From a bacterium (GTDB lineage Archaea > Thermoplasmatota > E2 > JACPAO01 > JAHFTW01), in contig JAZJZE010000009.1 in the NCBI GenBank assembly GCA_040390065.1, positions 544,713 to 608,712 on the forward strand: a stretch of 64,000 nucleotides of DNA, in the 5' to 3' direction. Shown one piece after another: positions 1 to 10,286 of this stretch. The position numbers were made by a program, and so were the translations under genes. The notes under the pieces are model-generated. The model made no database searches and was not told the DNA's origin. It saw only the letters and a list, made by a program, of their open reading frames with translations. How positions within the stretch are numbered: position 1 is the stretch's first letter; each line of letters starts with the position of its first letter.

Positions 1-396
1 CGGTTCCGCGGCACCATCCACTACCACGGCGGCGCCATCCGCGGCACGCTGCTTCTCGGCGGCTTCGAGCACTCCATCTACGAGGCGACGCGCGACCCGC
101 AGGGCGACCGCTTCCACAACGGCGAGGCCTACCGCCTCACCAGGCACACCCGATTGCAGAGCGCCGGCACGACGTACGACTTGCCCGCGATGGTACCGCA
201 CTGGCTGAAGCCGACTCGGCTCACCCTGACCAACTTCGAGGAAGACGACAACGGCCTCATGGGCGACCTCGTCAATCCAGCCGCAGACGTCGACATCGAC
301 GAGCACCGGTGGACGCAGGCGCAGGCGGATGCGTTGCTGCCCGTGCTGCTCGAGTTCATCGATGCGAAGCTGGCCGAATTGACCGTCCTGGCTTGA
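1..396 (+). CDS. Hypothetical protein, 5'-truncated by window edge (possibly cupin-like)
   Basis: Frame 1 is open from base 1 (RFRGTIHYHGGAIRGTLLLGG...) to TGA at 394-396, with host-like codon usage. Confidence 0.6.
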   Translation, partial: RFRGTIHYHGGAIRGTLLLGGFEHSIYEATRDPQGDRFHNGEAYRLTRHTRLQSAGTTYDLPAMVPHWLKPTRLTLTNFEEDDNGLMGDLVNPAADVDIDEHRWTQAQADALLPVLLEFIDAKLAELTVLA

Positions 397-507
397 GGCG
401 GCCCGGACAGGCCCCTCGGCGCCCGGAGGCGACGAGGGGCACATCTTGGCCGTCGAAGCGGAGCGTCCGCGACGCTGAGACGGCGTAAGTGTGAATCGCG
501 AAGCGAT

Positions 508-891
508 TCACATCTTCGTGATCATCTGGCGGCCCATCGCCACGATGTAGGAGACGTCGGCGCCGGCCACGAGGCCTTCGGCGAACTCCTCGGGGACCTG
601 GATGTCGAAGGTCTCGAAGGATTCCTTGTCCATGAGTTGCGCCGTGCCGGCGTGGAACGAGAGAAGCTGCGCCTGGCGGCGGTCGACGATGGGGACCCAG
701 ACCTTGTCCGAGACGGTGCCCAGCAGGGTGCGCTTGGCGTTGGTGAAGATGCTGCGGGCCTCGATGCGGGCCTTCGAGGCGCCGTGCTTGCCCGGCTTGG
801 ACTTCTCGATGGAGTCGATCTTGCACGGCTCGTCGTCGATCAACACGAAGCGGCCTTCCTTCAGTTCGCGGATCTCCGCCTGTTCCTTCAT
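508..891 (-). CDS. eif5a: Translation factor aIF-5A
   Basis: Hypusination motif SKPGKHGASK; ATG at 891 preceded by AGGAG; TATA-like CCCTTTATC upstream on the minus strand. Confidence 0.97.
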   Translation of the reverse strand: MKEQAEIRELKEGRFVLIDDEPCKIDSIEKSKPGKHGASKARIEARSIFTNAKRTLLGTVSDKVWVPIVDRRQAQLLSFHAGTAQLMDKESFETFDIQVPEEFAEGLVAGADVSYIVAMGRQMITKM

Positions 892-941
892 ACGGCTCCT
901 CGGGCCGGGCACAGTTGGGGGTTGATAAAGGGTTTCGAGGG

Positions 942-2018
942 CTACGCCGGCTGGACGCCGTTCGTGGCCGGCGTAAAGGTCGTGCCGAAGAGCAGTGGGG
1001 AGGGGTAAGGATGCGCCGGCGCCGACCAGTCGTATTGGAAGGACCAGGGTCCAAATTGTCGAGAGAACTCCAGCTCGATGATGCCGGGCGGAGCGACGGT
1101 CTCCACGGTTCCATCCGGGCGGACATATCTTGCATGGCCGTCCGTGGCGTTTTCCAAGCCGGTTCCTTGCGGGCCCACCGAGGAAAACGGCAGGAAGCCA
1201 AGGACGAGGGTTTTCCCGTCAATTCCCAGCGAGCGGTCGAGTTGCACCATGGCGCTGGCCTGCACATCGTAGCCGGCCGATGCGGCGCCGACTTGAGCAC
1301 CCTGCTGGGCATCGCTTCGTTTCGCAAGAAAGACTCCCTCCGCGTCGCCGTAAGAAACCGACAAGGCAGTGTTGTTCCAGTGGCCCTGCAGGGTTGGGGG
1401 GGCCGCAAGCTCCGTGGACAGCAGCATGAAGATGTGCCCAAATGCGTCTGGGCCGCACATGCGTTGCGCCGCTTTCCATCCCTCGCGGGTTACGTCAACA
1501 ACGAGGGATATCCTGCTTCCGTCGGTCCCCTGGAGGATGCCCATGTCAGGCCCGGGTCCTGTGGCGTTGGCTTGCTTGGCGCCTGCCCCGACCCAGACGG
1601 CGGTCATCGGTGGCGCTCCAGTCGTGAGCTCGGACATCATGCCCCAACAGTCGCGCCATTCCGCTCCTTGCAACCTGGGCCCGCCAAATCCCACCGTAAA
1701 AATCTGGTTGGTCGTGGACTTCGGGGGCATCGTCCAATTGACCCACAACCGCAGGTCGCCATCCATATGGTCCCCTCCGGCGGGAAACGAAATGTCAATC
1801 CAAACCAATCCCGGAACGGTTCGGCGCAGGGTTCCGCTGGTGGGAATGAGTTGCGGCGTATCGTGTCCCTGATTGGTCCCCGCGACCACTTGGGTTGCCG
1901 GCGCCCTGGAGGAGTCGGATTCTGGCGGGAGGCTCGCTTCATTGGTAGGCCGGTGGGCGCTGCAGCCTGCCAGCACGAAACCAAGGAAGAGGAGGGGGAG
2001 GAGCAGCCGGCCTAGCAT
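942..2018 (-). CDS. Hypothetical lipoprotein
   Basis: Hydrophobic signal peptide with lipobox VLAGC; atypical codon usage. Confidence 0.75.
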   Translation of the reverse strand: MLGRLLLPLLFLGFVLAGCSAHRPTNEASLPPESDSSRAPATQVVAGTNQGHDTPQLIPTSGTLRRTVPGLVWIDISFPAGGDHMDGDLRLWVNWTMPPKSTTNQIFTVGFGGPRLQGAEWRDCWGMMSELTTGAPPMTAVWVGAGAKQANATGPGPDMGILQGTDGSRISLVVDVTREGWKAAQRMCGPDAFGHIFMLLSTELAAPPTLQGHWNNTALSVSYGDAEGVFLAKRSDAQQGAQVGAASAGYDVQASAMVQLDRSLGIDGKTLVLGFLPFSSVGPQGTGLENATDGHARYVRPDGTVETVAPPGIIELEFSRQFGPWSFQYDWSAPAHPYPSPLLFGTTFTPATNGVQPA

Positions 2019-2464
2019 GTTGCCGTGGCCGTCTGTTCGGCGCCGTCGGAGGGATCAACCACAAGGTGGAAGTGGCCGATGATTGAGGCATAGGCCGTAA
2101 TGGACTCCCCCGTGTTCATGAGGTGGCTTGCGGCGCCGTCCTGGTGCGTGCCAGGGTCGATTGCGCCCGGTACGTTGACGCCCGTTGTGTGGGTGTAGTA
2201 TGAGACGCCGTATTCGTAGTCATAATCGGCGAGGGTCGACGAGCCACTGACGCTTGTGAACCACTCGGCGCTGCAACCGCTTCCGTAGGGGTGCAGGATG
2301 ACCCAGGCAACGGCAGTGGTGGTGATGCACTGGGCAGGAGGAGTGCCGTAGAGAGTCTGGCAGATAGTGGCTGCGTCCGGCGTCCCGGACACCGGCAGCG
2401 CCGTCAATACGAGCATTCCCATTGCAATCAAGCCGAACATCCTGGGCATAGAGTTGTTGGTCAT
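2012..2464 (-). CDS. Hypothetical secreted protein
   Basis: Signal-peptide-like MPRMFGLIAMGMLVLTALPVSG, Cys-containing; overlaps the start of the next gene; start codon uncertain. Confidence 0.65.
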   Translation of the reverse strand: MTNNSMPRMFGLIAMGMLVLTALPVSGTPDAATICQTLYGTPPAQCITTTAVAWVILHPYGSGCSAEWFTSVSGSSTLADYDYEYGVSYYTHTTGVNVPGAIDPGTHQDGAASHLMNTGESITAYASIIGHFHLVVDPSDGAEQTATATC

Positions 2465-2508
2465 TGCGTTTGTCCTGACCCCACCGTGAGGCCAAACGCT
2501 GCCAAGGC

Positions 2509-2520
2509 GGGGGGGGGGGG
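2509..2520. repeat. G12 homopolymer in divergent intergenic region
   Basis: Twelve consecutive G between the divergent genes starting at 2464 (-) and 2619 (+). Confidence 0.9.
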
Positions 2521-2618
2521 TATCTATCTGCCGGCGAGATGACTGGAACGATTCCAACAGCAGGCCGCCTCCCGACCGATTCGAGAACGCTTATCCTCCG
2601 CCGCCCAGGTGGTCGCCT

Positions 2619-4157
2619 GTGGCAGGAGGGCGGCTGCGAAGTCTTGGCGTCCTGGTCGCCGTCGCAATCGTCGCCGTCGCGCTCGGCCAGGCCCAGACCA
2701 GTGGCCCTACGGATCTCGAATCGTCCCGTTGTTGGACGTGCCACAAGGTCGGCGGCACTGTCGAGGGCACGCCGCTCAAGGTGATGTATTCCCTGCATCC
2801 GCCGGGCAGCCTGGCGCTAGCCCCGGGGACGCCGACACCGCTCAACCTCGAGGTGCGCAACGACTGGCTGGCAAACCTGCACAACATCGTGGGCACCCTT
2901 GACTTGTCGAAGGCGCCGTCGCTGGCGTTCCAGCCGCCGCCCGCGCCCGTGACTGGCGTCCACGTCGACGGCTCGCTGCCGTTTACCGCGACGCAACTCA
3001 ACCAGCCGGAACGGACGACGGTGCTCAAACTGCCCGTGCCTGCTGGCGCCACGGACATCCGCGTCACGCTGTCGCCCACGCGCACGACGGGCGCCGACGC
3101 CCCCGACCTTGCTCTGCGCATCTGGGGCGACGGCATCTTCGCGCAGCCCGCCACCGCGCGCTCCGTCGACAACGCCGGAAAGGGCCTGCCCGAGGTGTTC
3201 CACACGAAGGACGCGGACACCATCGGCGCGCTGGGCTACGGCAACTGGTCGGTGGCGGCCGTGCAAGCCGGCTTCTCGACGAAGCCCGATGCCGCGGCAC
3301 TCGAGGAGCAGGGGTTCAGCATCGCCATCGACGCCTGGTTCAACCTGACCGGCGACCGGACGCAATTCGTCGGCTCCACGGCGCGCCTCGACGGCAAGAG
3401 TGACGGCCCTCACTCGACCACTCTGACGTGGAACCTTTTCGTGCGTGCGCCGCCACACGTCGGCGAAGAGCTCGTGTTCACCGTGAACGCCGTCGCCTCG
3501 TTCCAGCATCCAGCACAGTTCAACGCCGTCGACGACTGGGCCTTCACCCAGACGCTGCACGTGCCCATCCAGCCACCGCCCCCCACGACGGACACCGGGG
3601 GACCACCGCCGCTTACGAACATCCAACTCAACACGACGCCCACGCCGGACACCGCGTTGGAGGTTGACCATCTGGTCATCACGGAGAAGGCCGTCGGCGA
3701 GGCGGTCGGCTACTTCACGGCCTTCGTCATGGTCGTGAGCCTCGTCACGGGCGGAATCTTCGGCAGCGCCAGTCGCCGCGGCCTGAACCGCATCCTCACC
3801 AGTGCCCAGCGCCGCATCGCCTTCCACAACCTCACGAGCTACCTCATCCTCATCGCCGCCGCCGCACACACGTACTTGTTCATCCACGAAGCCGAATTCC
3901 CATGGACCTTGGGCTTGCTGTGGGGTGGCCTCGGCATCCTCGCACTTGCAGCCCTTGGCGTGACGGGGGCATGGCAATTGCCGCTCATCCGCAGTTGGCA
4001 TTACGGCCCCTGGCGCGTCGTGCACTACACGTGCGCCGTGCTCGCAGTCGTGTTCACCCTCCTGCACATGGGCCTCGACGGCATCCACTTCACGAACCTG
4101 CAGAAGGACGTAGGTTGGCAAGACCCGGTCGGGAAGTGGCTCGGCACCACCGCCTAA
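2619..4157 (+). CDS. Secreted/membrane protein with N-terminal CxxCH and C-terminal His-containing 4-TM (cytochrome b/ferric reductase-like) domain
   Basis: Signal peptide, CWTCH motif, and C-terminal TM helices with His (AFHN, AAHT, VVHY, LLHM). Confidence 0.7.
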   Translation: MAGGRLRSLGVLVAVAIVAVALGQAQTSGPTDLESSRCWTCHKVGGTVEGTPLKVMYSLHPPGSLALAPGTPTPLNLEVRNDWLANLHNIVGTLDLSKAPSLAFQPPPAPVTGVHVDGSLPFTATQLNQPERTTVLKLPVPAGATDIRVTLSPTRTTGADAPDLALRIWGDGIFAQPATARSVDNAGKGLPEVFHTKDADTIGALGYGNWSVAAVQAGFSTKPDAAALEEQGFSIAIDAWFNLTGDRTQFVGSTARLDGKSDGPHSTTLTWNLFVRAPPHVGEELVFTVNAVASFQHPAQFNAVDDWAFTQTLHVPIQPPPPTTDTGGPPPLTNIQLNTTPTPDTALEVDHLVITEKAVGEAVGYFTAFVMVVSLVTGGIFGSASRRGLNRILTSAQRRIAFHNLTSYLILIAAAAHTYLFIHEAEFPWTLGLLWGGLGILALAALGVTGAWQLPLIRSWHYGPWRVVHYTCAVLAVVFTLLHMGLDGIHFTNLQKDVGWQDPVGKWLGTTA

Positions 4158-4200
4158 AGGTTGAAGGGCAACCGTCAAGAGCCACCGCGCCCCATGGCGG

Positions 4201-5691
4201 ATGGCCATGCCGCCCGCCGCACCCACGACGACGGCGGAGGAGCCGCCCGCGGAAGGCGGGCTGCGGCGCGACCTGAACCTCTTCGGCGCCGTCTCGATGA
4301 TCGTCGGCATCGTGATCGGCTCGGGCATCTTCATCGGTGTCAACCGCGTGGCAGCCGGCGCCGGGTCGCCTTGGCTCATCATCCTCGTCTGGGTCATCGG
4401 TGGCCTTCTCACCTTGATGGGCGCCTTGACGTACGCGGAACTGGGCGTCATGTTCCCCCGCGCCGGCGGTCCGTACGTGTTCCTTCGCGAAGGACTCGGC
4501 CCGCTCCCCGCGTTCCTTGCCGGCTGGACGACCTTCACGGTCAACCTCGCAGGCTCCGCCGCGGCTCTTGCCCTGGCCTTCGCGACGCAGTTCAACCAGT
4601 TGCGCCCCGGCGGCTGGATGCCGCTGTTTCCCGACCACCCGGAATGGTCGGCCAAGATCATCGCAGCCTGCGTCATCCTGCTCATCGCGATCCTGAACTA
4701 CTTCGGCCTGCGCCTCGGCGGCAACGTGCAGAAGTCGCTGACCGTGCTGAAGGGCACCCTCATGGTCTTCCTGGCAGCGGCGGCCCTCTTCTGGTTGGGC
4801 AACTCCGCGTCCCCCGTGCCGGGCCTGTTCGACGCGCCAGCATACCAGACGCAGGCCGCGGCCGCCGCCCCCGTCATCCATGAGGGTTTCGACCTCGCAG
4901 GATTCTTCGGACTGGCCCTCGTCGCAGCGCTGTTTGCGTACGACGGCTGGACCAACGTCACGACCGTCGGCTCCGAGATCAAGAACCCGTCGCGCAACCT
5001 GCCGCGCGCAATGCTCCTCGGCATCGGCGCGGTCATCGTGCTCTACATCCTCCTGAGTTTCGGCTACATGCATGTCCTCGGCCTGCAGGGCTTCGCGGAC
5101 GGCAAGTTCGCCGGCTTCGGCGACGCGAGCAAGGTCGCAGGCAACACCGCCTCCGTGCTGTTCGGGGACGCCGGATTGCGCATCGTCGCCGCCACCATCC
5201 TCGTCTCGGTGCTTGGCAGCCTGAACGGCATCACGATTTCCGGGCCGCGTTACTACTACGCCATGGCGCGCGACGGGCTCTTCCCGCGCTTCTTCGGCGG
5301 CGTCAACCGGCACCATGTCCCCGGCCACTCCATCTGGGGGCAAGCCATCCTGAGCGTGCTGTTCCTGCTGTTTCTGGACTTCGACCAGCTCACCAACAAC
5401 GTCGTCTTCGTCTCGCTCTTCTTCTACTCCCTGTGCGCCGTGGCTCTCCTGGTCCTGCGCCGGCGCCGCCCCGACTTGCCACGACCGTACAAGGTGCCGC
5501 TCTATCCCTGGATCCCCCTCACGTACATCGCGGCGAGCATGCTCTTTGCCGGCTACCTCACTTACCAAGCGGTGCTCGACGCAAGCGGCATGGCGTACCG
5601 CTTCCTCGGCCTCGCCATCATCGCGGCTGGCGTCCCGATGTACTACGCCTTCCGCTGGTACTACCGCCGCGGGACGCCGCAGCCCAACTAG
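4201..5691 (+). CDS. APC family amino acid permease
   Basis: Motifs GIVIGSGIF, YAELGVMFPRAGGPYVFL and FAYDGW; about 12 TM segments. Confidence 0.93.
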   Translation: MAMPPAAPTTTAEEPPAEGGLRRDLNLFGAVSMIVGIVIGSGIFIGVNRVAAGAGSPWLIILVWVIGGLLTLMGALTYAELGVMFPRAGGPYVFLREGLGPLPAFLAGWTTFTVNLAGSAAALALAFATQFNQLRPGGWMPLFPDHPEWSAKIIAACVILLIAILNYFGLRLGGNVQKSLTVLKGTLMVFLAAAALFWLGNSASPVPGLFDAPAYQTQAAAAAPVIHEGFDLAGFFGLALVAALFAYDGWTNVTTVGSEIKNPSRNLPRAMLLGIGAVIVLYILLSFGYMHVLGLQGFADGKFAGFGDASKVAGNTASVLFGDAGLRIVAATILVSVLGSLNGITISGPRYYYAMARDGLFPRFFGGVNRHHVPGHSIWGQAILSVLFLLFLDFDQLTNNVVFVSLFFYSLCAVALLVLRRRRPDLPRPYKVPLYPWIPLTYIAASMLFAGYLTYQAVLDASGMAYRFLGLAIIAAGVPMYYAFRWYYRRGTPQPN

Positions 5692-6488
5692 GGCACGAGT
5701 CCCCGCAGGGCCGCCGAAACTTGGCCGTACTCCCACGGCGACACCTGGGTTGCGGTCCGAGCCCCGACTTGCAGCTGCTCCTGCACTTGCGTGATGGCTG
5801 CGGACGGCAACCCGAGGTCGCCGGCAAGGGGAGCAAGGCTGTGCCGCAGCGTCCGCTTGCGCGCCGACCAGGCCGCATCGAGGACGACATCGAGCAACGC
5901 GAAATCCACGGTCGGGTCTGGCGCCTTCGGCACGACGGCGACGACATGCGATGCCACGTCGGGCGGCGGATGGAAGTCGTGCCGGCGAAGAGGGAACAGC
6001 GCCTTCGACTTGGCCCGCAACGCCATCTGCACGGTGAGTTTGCCATAGGCCTCGTCGCCTGGCTTCGCGGTCAAGCGCTCGGCGAGTTCGCGGGGCATGA
6101 CCAGCACGGCGCGGCCGAAACCGTGCTCCAGCAGGCGCGCAAGAAGACCCGGAATGATGCGGTAGGGCGGATTTGCCACCACGGCGTCGATGCGCGCCGG
6201 CAGCCGGACCTTGAGGGCGTCACCGGTCGTCACGGTCAGACCCGGAAGGGCGAGTGCCTCGAGGGACTGCGCCAGGGCCGGCGCCTTCTCCACGGCGACG
6301 ACCGACCCGCCTGGAGCGACGCCCGTGCACAGCAGGCGCGTGATGGCGCCGGCGCCGGCCCCCACGTCGAGGACGTGCTCACCGGGCCGCAGCGCAGCGG
6401 CCTCGACGATGCGCGCCACCGCCGACCCGGCCGGGTCGAGGAAGTGGGCGCCGCGACTGCGCCGGTCGGGGTCGGTGCGCTTCGCCAC
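5688..6488 (-). CDS. ksgA: 16S rRNA dimethyladenosine transferase (KsgA/Dim1)
   Basis: Motifs GAHFL, VLDVGAGAG, VANPPY, YGKLTV and FHPPPDVAS; GTG start inferred. Confidence 0.9.
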   Translation of the reverse strand: MAKRTDPDRRSRGAHFLDPAGSAVARIVEAAALRPGEHVLDVGAGAGAITRLLCTGVAPGGSVVAVEKAPALAQSLEALALPGLTVTTGDALKVRLPARIDAVVANPPYRIIPGLLARLLEHGFGRAVLVMPRELAERLTAKPGDEAYGKLTVQMALRAKSKALFPLRRHDFHPPPDVASHVVAVVPKAPDPTVDFALLDVVLDAAWSARKRTLRHSLAPLAGDLGLPSAAITQVQEQLQVGARTATQVSPWEYGQVSAALRGLVP

Positions 6489-6540
6489 GCCGCGGGCAGG
6501 CAACCCAAGACCTAAACCCCCTCCCCGTAGTGGCGCAAGC

Positions 6541-8250
6541 GTGGCCCCGGCCGAGGAGCATGACCCGCTGCAACTGGCGATGCTGCTGGCCGACGCCGCG
6601 ACGGTGGCGTGGCGTCGCATCGCGGACAACAGCGACCGGCACGACAAGGTCGGCCTCGGCGCCGGGGGCAACCTCACGTCGAAGGCCGACTTGGAACTCG
6701 AGACCGCGATTCTTGCCAAGGCGGCTGAACTGGGCCTGACCGTGCTGTCGGAGGAGGTGGGCCTGGTCGACAAAGGCTCGCGCCTCATCGCCGTCGTCGA
6801 CCCTCTCGACGGCTCCCGCAACGCCGGCCGCGGCATCCCGTTCCATTGCACGAGCATCGCCATCGGCGACAAGGGCGGCGCCCTCTCGACGCTGCATGCC
6901 GGCGTGGTTCGCAACCTCGTGACGGGGGACACGTACACGGCCGTGCGCGGCAACGGGGCATGGTGCAACGGTAAGCCCGTCAAGCCGTCGCCGTTCCACG
7001 CTGATGAAGTCATGGTTGGCATCATCGCCGACTACTCGGACACCGAGATTGCCGAAGCGCACGCCAACCGCAACCACCACATCCGCGACCTCGGCTCTGC
7101 GGCGCTGGAGATGTGCCTCGTGGGGACCGGCGCGATGGATGCCTTCATCGTGCGCAAGCCGTGGCTGCGCGTCGTCGACATCGCCGCCGCGACCTTGTTC
7201 GTGCGCGAAGCGGGCGGTTCCGTCCATGATCCACTCACCGGTCGCGACCTGGAGGTGCCCTTCGACATGTCGGCCCGCTGCGCCGTGCGCGCCGCCCACA
7301 GCGCCGAGGCACGCCAGGCCGTCTCGGGAATGCGCTTGCCCGTGCGCACACCGTCCGGACGCATGACGGGGCCACTCTTGCGCGGCGAGGCCAGCCTCGA
7401 CGAGCCCGGGGCAATGCCGCTTGTGTGGGCCCTGGTCGGCAAGGCCGGGATTCCCCACATCCGCAAGGAGGCAACCTGGGTGCGCGACCACCTGCGGCAA
7501 CGCGGCCAGACCGTCCTCGTCGAGCACGACCTCGCGGCAGCCTTCGGCGACAAGCCGCACACCTTCGAGGAGCTCGACCGCCTCGCGGACATCTTTCTCA
7601 CCGTGGGGGGCGACGGCACCATCCTTCTCGCGCTGTCGCACACGGACAAGCCCATCTTCGGCGTCAATGCAGGCGCCATCGGTTTCCTGTCCGAACTCGA
7701 GCCGCCGCAAGCCGCGCAAGGCATCGACCAGGTCATCCGCGGCGACTACCGCATCGAGGAACGCGACAAGCTGTCCGCCTGGCTCGACGAGACACGGCTG
7801 CCCGACGCCACGAACGAGGTGACGCTGCAGACGAGCCGCATCGCCAAACTCATCCGCTTCCAGATCACGGTGTCGGGGGAAATGCTCGACACGCTGCGCG
7901 GCGACGGCATCATCGTGTCCACGGCGACCGGCTCGACGGGCTACGCCATGTCCGTCGGTGGGCCCCTCGTGCATCCACTCGTGCACGGCACCGTACTCGC
8001 CCCGATTGCGCCCTTTCGCCTCTCCGCTCGGCCCTGGGTCGTCCCCGCCGACGCCGTCGTCGAGGTCACCCTGCTCGACCGTGACTCCGCCCAAGGCGAG
8101 CAGCAGGCGCGCGTCGTCGTCGACGGCCAGCACGGCTTCGACATCGCGCCCGGCGCCAAGGTCCGCATCGCGCCCTCGCCGCGCAAGGCTCGCTTCATCC
8201 GGCTCGGCTCCGGCTTCTACGAACGTGTGCGTACCAAGTTGACGAGGTAA
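6541..8250 (+). CDS. Bifunctional inositol monophosphatase-family (NADP phosphatase)/NAD kinase
   Basis: N-terminal SEE...VDPLDGS...GSAALE; C-terminal GGDGT, NE and STATGSTGY kinase motifs. Fusion known from methanogens (MJ0917 type). Confidence 0.9.
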   Translation: MAPAEEHDPLQLAMLLADAATVAWRRIADNSDRHDKVGLGAGGNLTSKADLELETAILAKAAELGLTVLSEEVGLVDKGSRLIAVVDPLDGSRNAGRGIPFHCTSIAIGDKGGALSTLHAGVVRNLVTGDTYTAVRGNGAWCNGKPVKPSPFHADEVMVGIIADYSDTEIAEAHANRNHHIRDLGSAALEMCLVGTGAMDAFIVRKPWLRVVDIAAATLFVREAGGSVHDPLTGRDLEVPFDMSARCAVRAAHSAEARQAVSGMRLPVRTPSGRMTGPLLRGEASLDEPGAMPLVWALVGKAGIPHIRKEATWVRDHLRQRGQTVLVEHDLAAAFGDKPHTFEELDRLADIFLTVGGDGTILLALSHTDKPIFGVNAGAIGFLSELEPPQAAQGIDQVIRGDYRIEERDKLSAWLDETRLPDATNEVTLQTSRIAKLIRFQITVSGEMLDTLRGDGIIVSTATGSTGYAMSVGGPLVHPLVHGTVLAPIAPFRLSARPWVVPADAVVEVTLLDRDSAQGEQQARVVVDGQHGFDIAPGAKVRIAPSPRKARFIRLGSGFYERVRTKLTR

Positions 8251-8252
8251 CA

Positions 8253-8798
8253 ATGGGCCTCTTCGGCCGCAAACGGAAGTTGCGTGAACGCGTCATCCGC
8301 GCCGATTACCGCAACTTGCCGGAGGAGGAGTGGACGGACGACGAGTACGACCATTGGCTGCAGTCGCTCACCGACCAGGAGTATTGGGAGTACTGGGAAG
8401 ACTGGAGCAAGGAGGCCGTCGAGCATCCGACCATCAAGGGCGTCCGACGCTCGGTGCTGCAAATGGCCGCCGAATGCGCCAAGGCGAGCTACCCGCAGGA
8501 GTTCGGCTCCATGCTTCGCGTCGAGAAAGGCATCATCACAGAACTCATCCTCGTCCCCGGCACCATCCAGGGCGACCGGCACGCCATCTTCCAGTTCCAG
8601 ATGCTTCCCGTCGACCGCAGCATCAACGGCACGCTGCACAGCCACCCGAGTCCGCACCCGTATCCGAGTGACGCCGACTTCGCGCTCTTCGAGAAGTATG
8701 GCTCCATCCACATCATCTACGGCCACCCCTACGGCCCGGAGGATTGGCGCTGCTACGACCACACGGGGACGCCGACGAAGCTCCGCATCCTGGACTAA
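8253..8798 (+). CDS. JAMM/MPN+ metalloprotease
   Basis: YPQE plus HSHPSPHPYPSDAD JAMM motif. Confidence 0.9.
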   Translation: MGLFGRKRKLRERVIRADYRNLPEEEWTDDEYDHWLQSLTDQEYWEYWEDWSKEAVEHPTIKGVRRSVLQMAAECAKASYPQEFGSMLRVEKGIITELILVPGTIQGDRHAIFQFQMLPVDRSINGTLHSHPSPHPYPSDADFALFEKYGSIHIIYGHPYGPEDWRCYDHTGTPTKLRILD

Positions 8799-10285
8799 GT
8801 GTATCCTTCCGAGCGCGGGTCGGGCCGGACCATGTTGGACAAGAGCGAGTCGCCGATGAGCTGCTTTGCCAGCACGGGGTCGCGGTCCATGCAGGCCTTC
8901 AGGCTCGCGGCGGCCTTGGTGGCTTCACCGCGCGCCGCGTGCACGCAGGCCCACAGGTAGTCGCGTGTGGCGTCGCTCCCCCGCCAACCCTCGAGGGTCT
9001 GCGCGGCGGCCTCGCTCCGGTCGGTCAGGAGTTGCGCGACGGCGAGCTGCGTGCGCACCGCGGCGGCGTAGCGCCGCAGCCGGAGCATGCGTGGCTTGGT
9101 CGCAGCGATCACGCCCTCGTAGTCGCCCGCCTCCATGGCGAGCTTGGCAGTGGCGAGTTGCCGCAGGGTCCGCCGGTGCAGCGACCAGGCAGCGGCGGCC
9201 GCGGCGGCGACGACGACGAGGGCGACCGTCGCCGTCGGGAGGATGGGGAACCCGGAGGGGGCGGACCCAAAGGACGCCGGCCTGCCGTCGACGGACGCGG
9301 CCGTGGGGTTGCCCTTGACGTCCAGGAGGAAGGATCCCGCCTGCAATCCGGAGAACTCCGTGACGAAGCGCCCCTCGAGCCAGTCGCCGTCGCGCAGCGT
9401 GCGCACGCCGTCCGCCGTGGTGACCGTCCCCTGCGGCGTCTCCAGCGTGATGCGGCCGTCCACGGCTCCCGAGACGGGGCGAAGCTCCAAGCCCGTCGCG
9501 GATCCCACGGGCATGATGGCGTCCAGCGTGGCCCCGTGCACCTCCAGGAAGATCTGGCGCTCCTCGTAGCGACCGACGGTGTCGTAGCCGCCCGCCGAAG
9601 GGACTACTGGCTGGTATTGGTAGCCCGATGTTGCCGTGACGACGTCCCCGCCGGACGAAATCGAGACGTCCCACTCCCACAGGGTGATCGCGAAGTCACC
9701 CTCGATGCGCACGTCGCGCAGCCCGTCGTTGCCGATGGCCACGCCCGGCAAGGCCCCGGCCTCGAGCGACGGGCGGTCCGTTGGGACGCGGCGTGCCGGC
9801 TCCTTGGCGACCGCATCGGTCGGTGCCAGGTTGGCCGAGATGGCCTGCGCGTGGACCGTGGGAAGCGGACGTCCCGGCAAGGGCGCCACGAAGAACAAGA
9901 AACCTTGCCGGACTGCGCGCGTTGCCAGATGCACATCCGTGACGTCGAGGGGAGGCTCGGTGTGCCGGTCTGGGGCGCCGGCGTACGGGCTGCCCATGGC
10001 CGTCTCGACGTCTGTCTCGAGATGCAGGGTCCGGGCAGACAAGCGCAGCTGTGCCGGAGGCAGGCGTGAGGCGGGTGCTGGTTGGGGCGGGCCCAGCGGC
10101 AACGGCAGACTGACGGGCACATCCGGATCCCCGGTCGAGTGGAATGCGGACAGGGAACCATCCACGGTGACCGACCCACCCAGCGAGGCGCCGGCGACGT
10201 TGGCCTGCAGGATGGCTGGCGGACCCTCGCCCGATGCCAAGGGCAGCATGAGCACGAGGGTGAGGAGTGCGGCCTGGAAGCGCAT
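8795..10285 (-). CDS. Hypothetical secreted single-TM protein with TPR-like C-terminus
   Basis: Signal peptide MRFQAALLTLVLMLPLA, TM segment before a helical C-terminal domain; coupled to the upstream FN3 gene. Confidence 0.7.
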   Translation of the reverse strand: MRFQAALLTLVLMLPLASGEGPPAILQANVAGASLGGSVTVDGSLSAFHSTGDPDVPVSLPLPLGPPQPAPASRLPPAQLRLSARTLHLETDVETAMGSPYAGAPDRHTEPPLDVTDVHLATRAVRQGFLFFVAPLPGRPLPTVHAQAISANLAPTDAVAKEPARRVPTDRPSLEAGALPGVAIGNDGLRDVRIEGDFAITLWEWDVSISSGGDVVTATSGYQYQPVVPSAGGYDTVGRYEERQIFLEVHGATLDAIMPVGSATGLELRPVSGAVDGRITLETPQGTVTTADGVRTLRDGDWLEGRFVTEFSGLQAGSFLLDVKGNPTAASVDGRPASFGSAPSGFPILPTATVALVVVAAAAAAAWSLHRRTLRQLATAKLAMEAGDYEGVIAATKPRMLRLRRYAAAVRTQLAVAQLLTDRSEAAAQTLEGWRGSDATRDYLWACVHAARGEATKAAASLKACMDRDPVLAKQLIGDSLLSNMVRPDPRSEGYT

Positions 10286-10286
10286 G

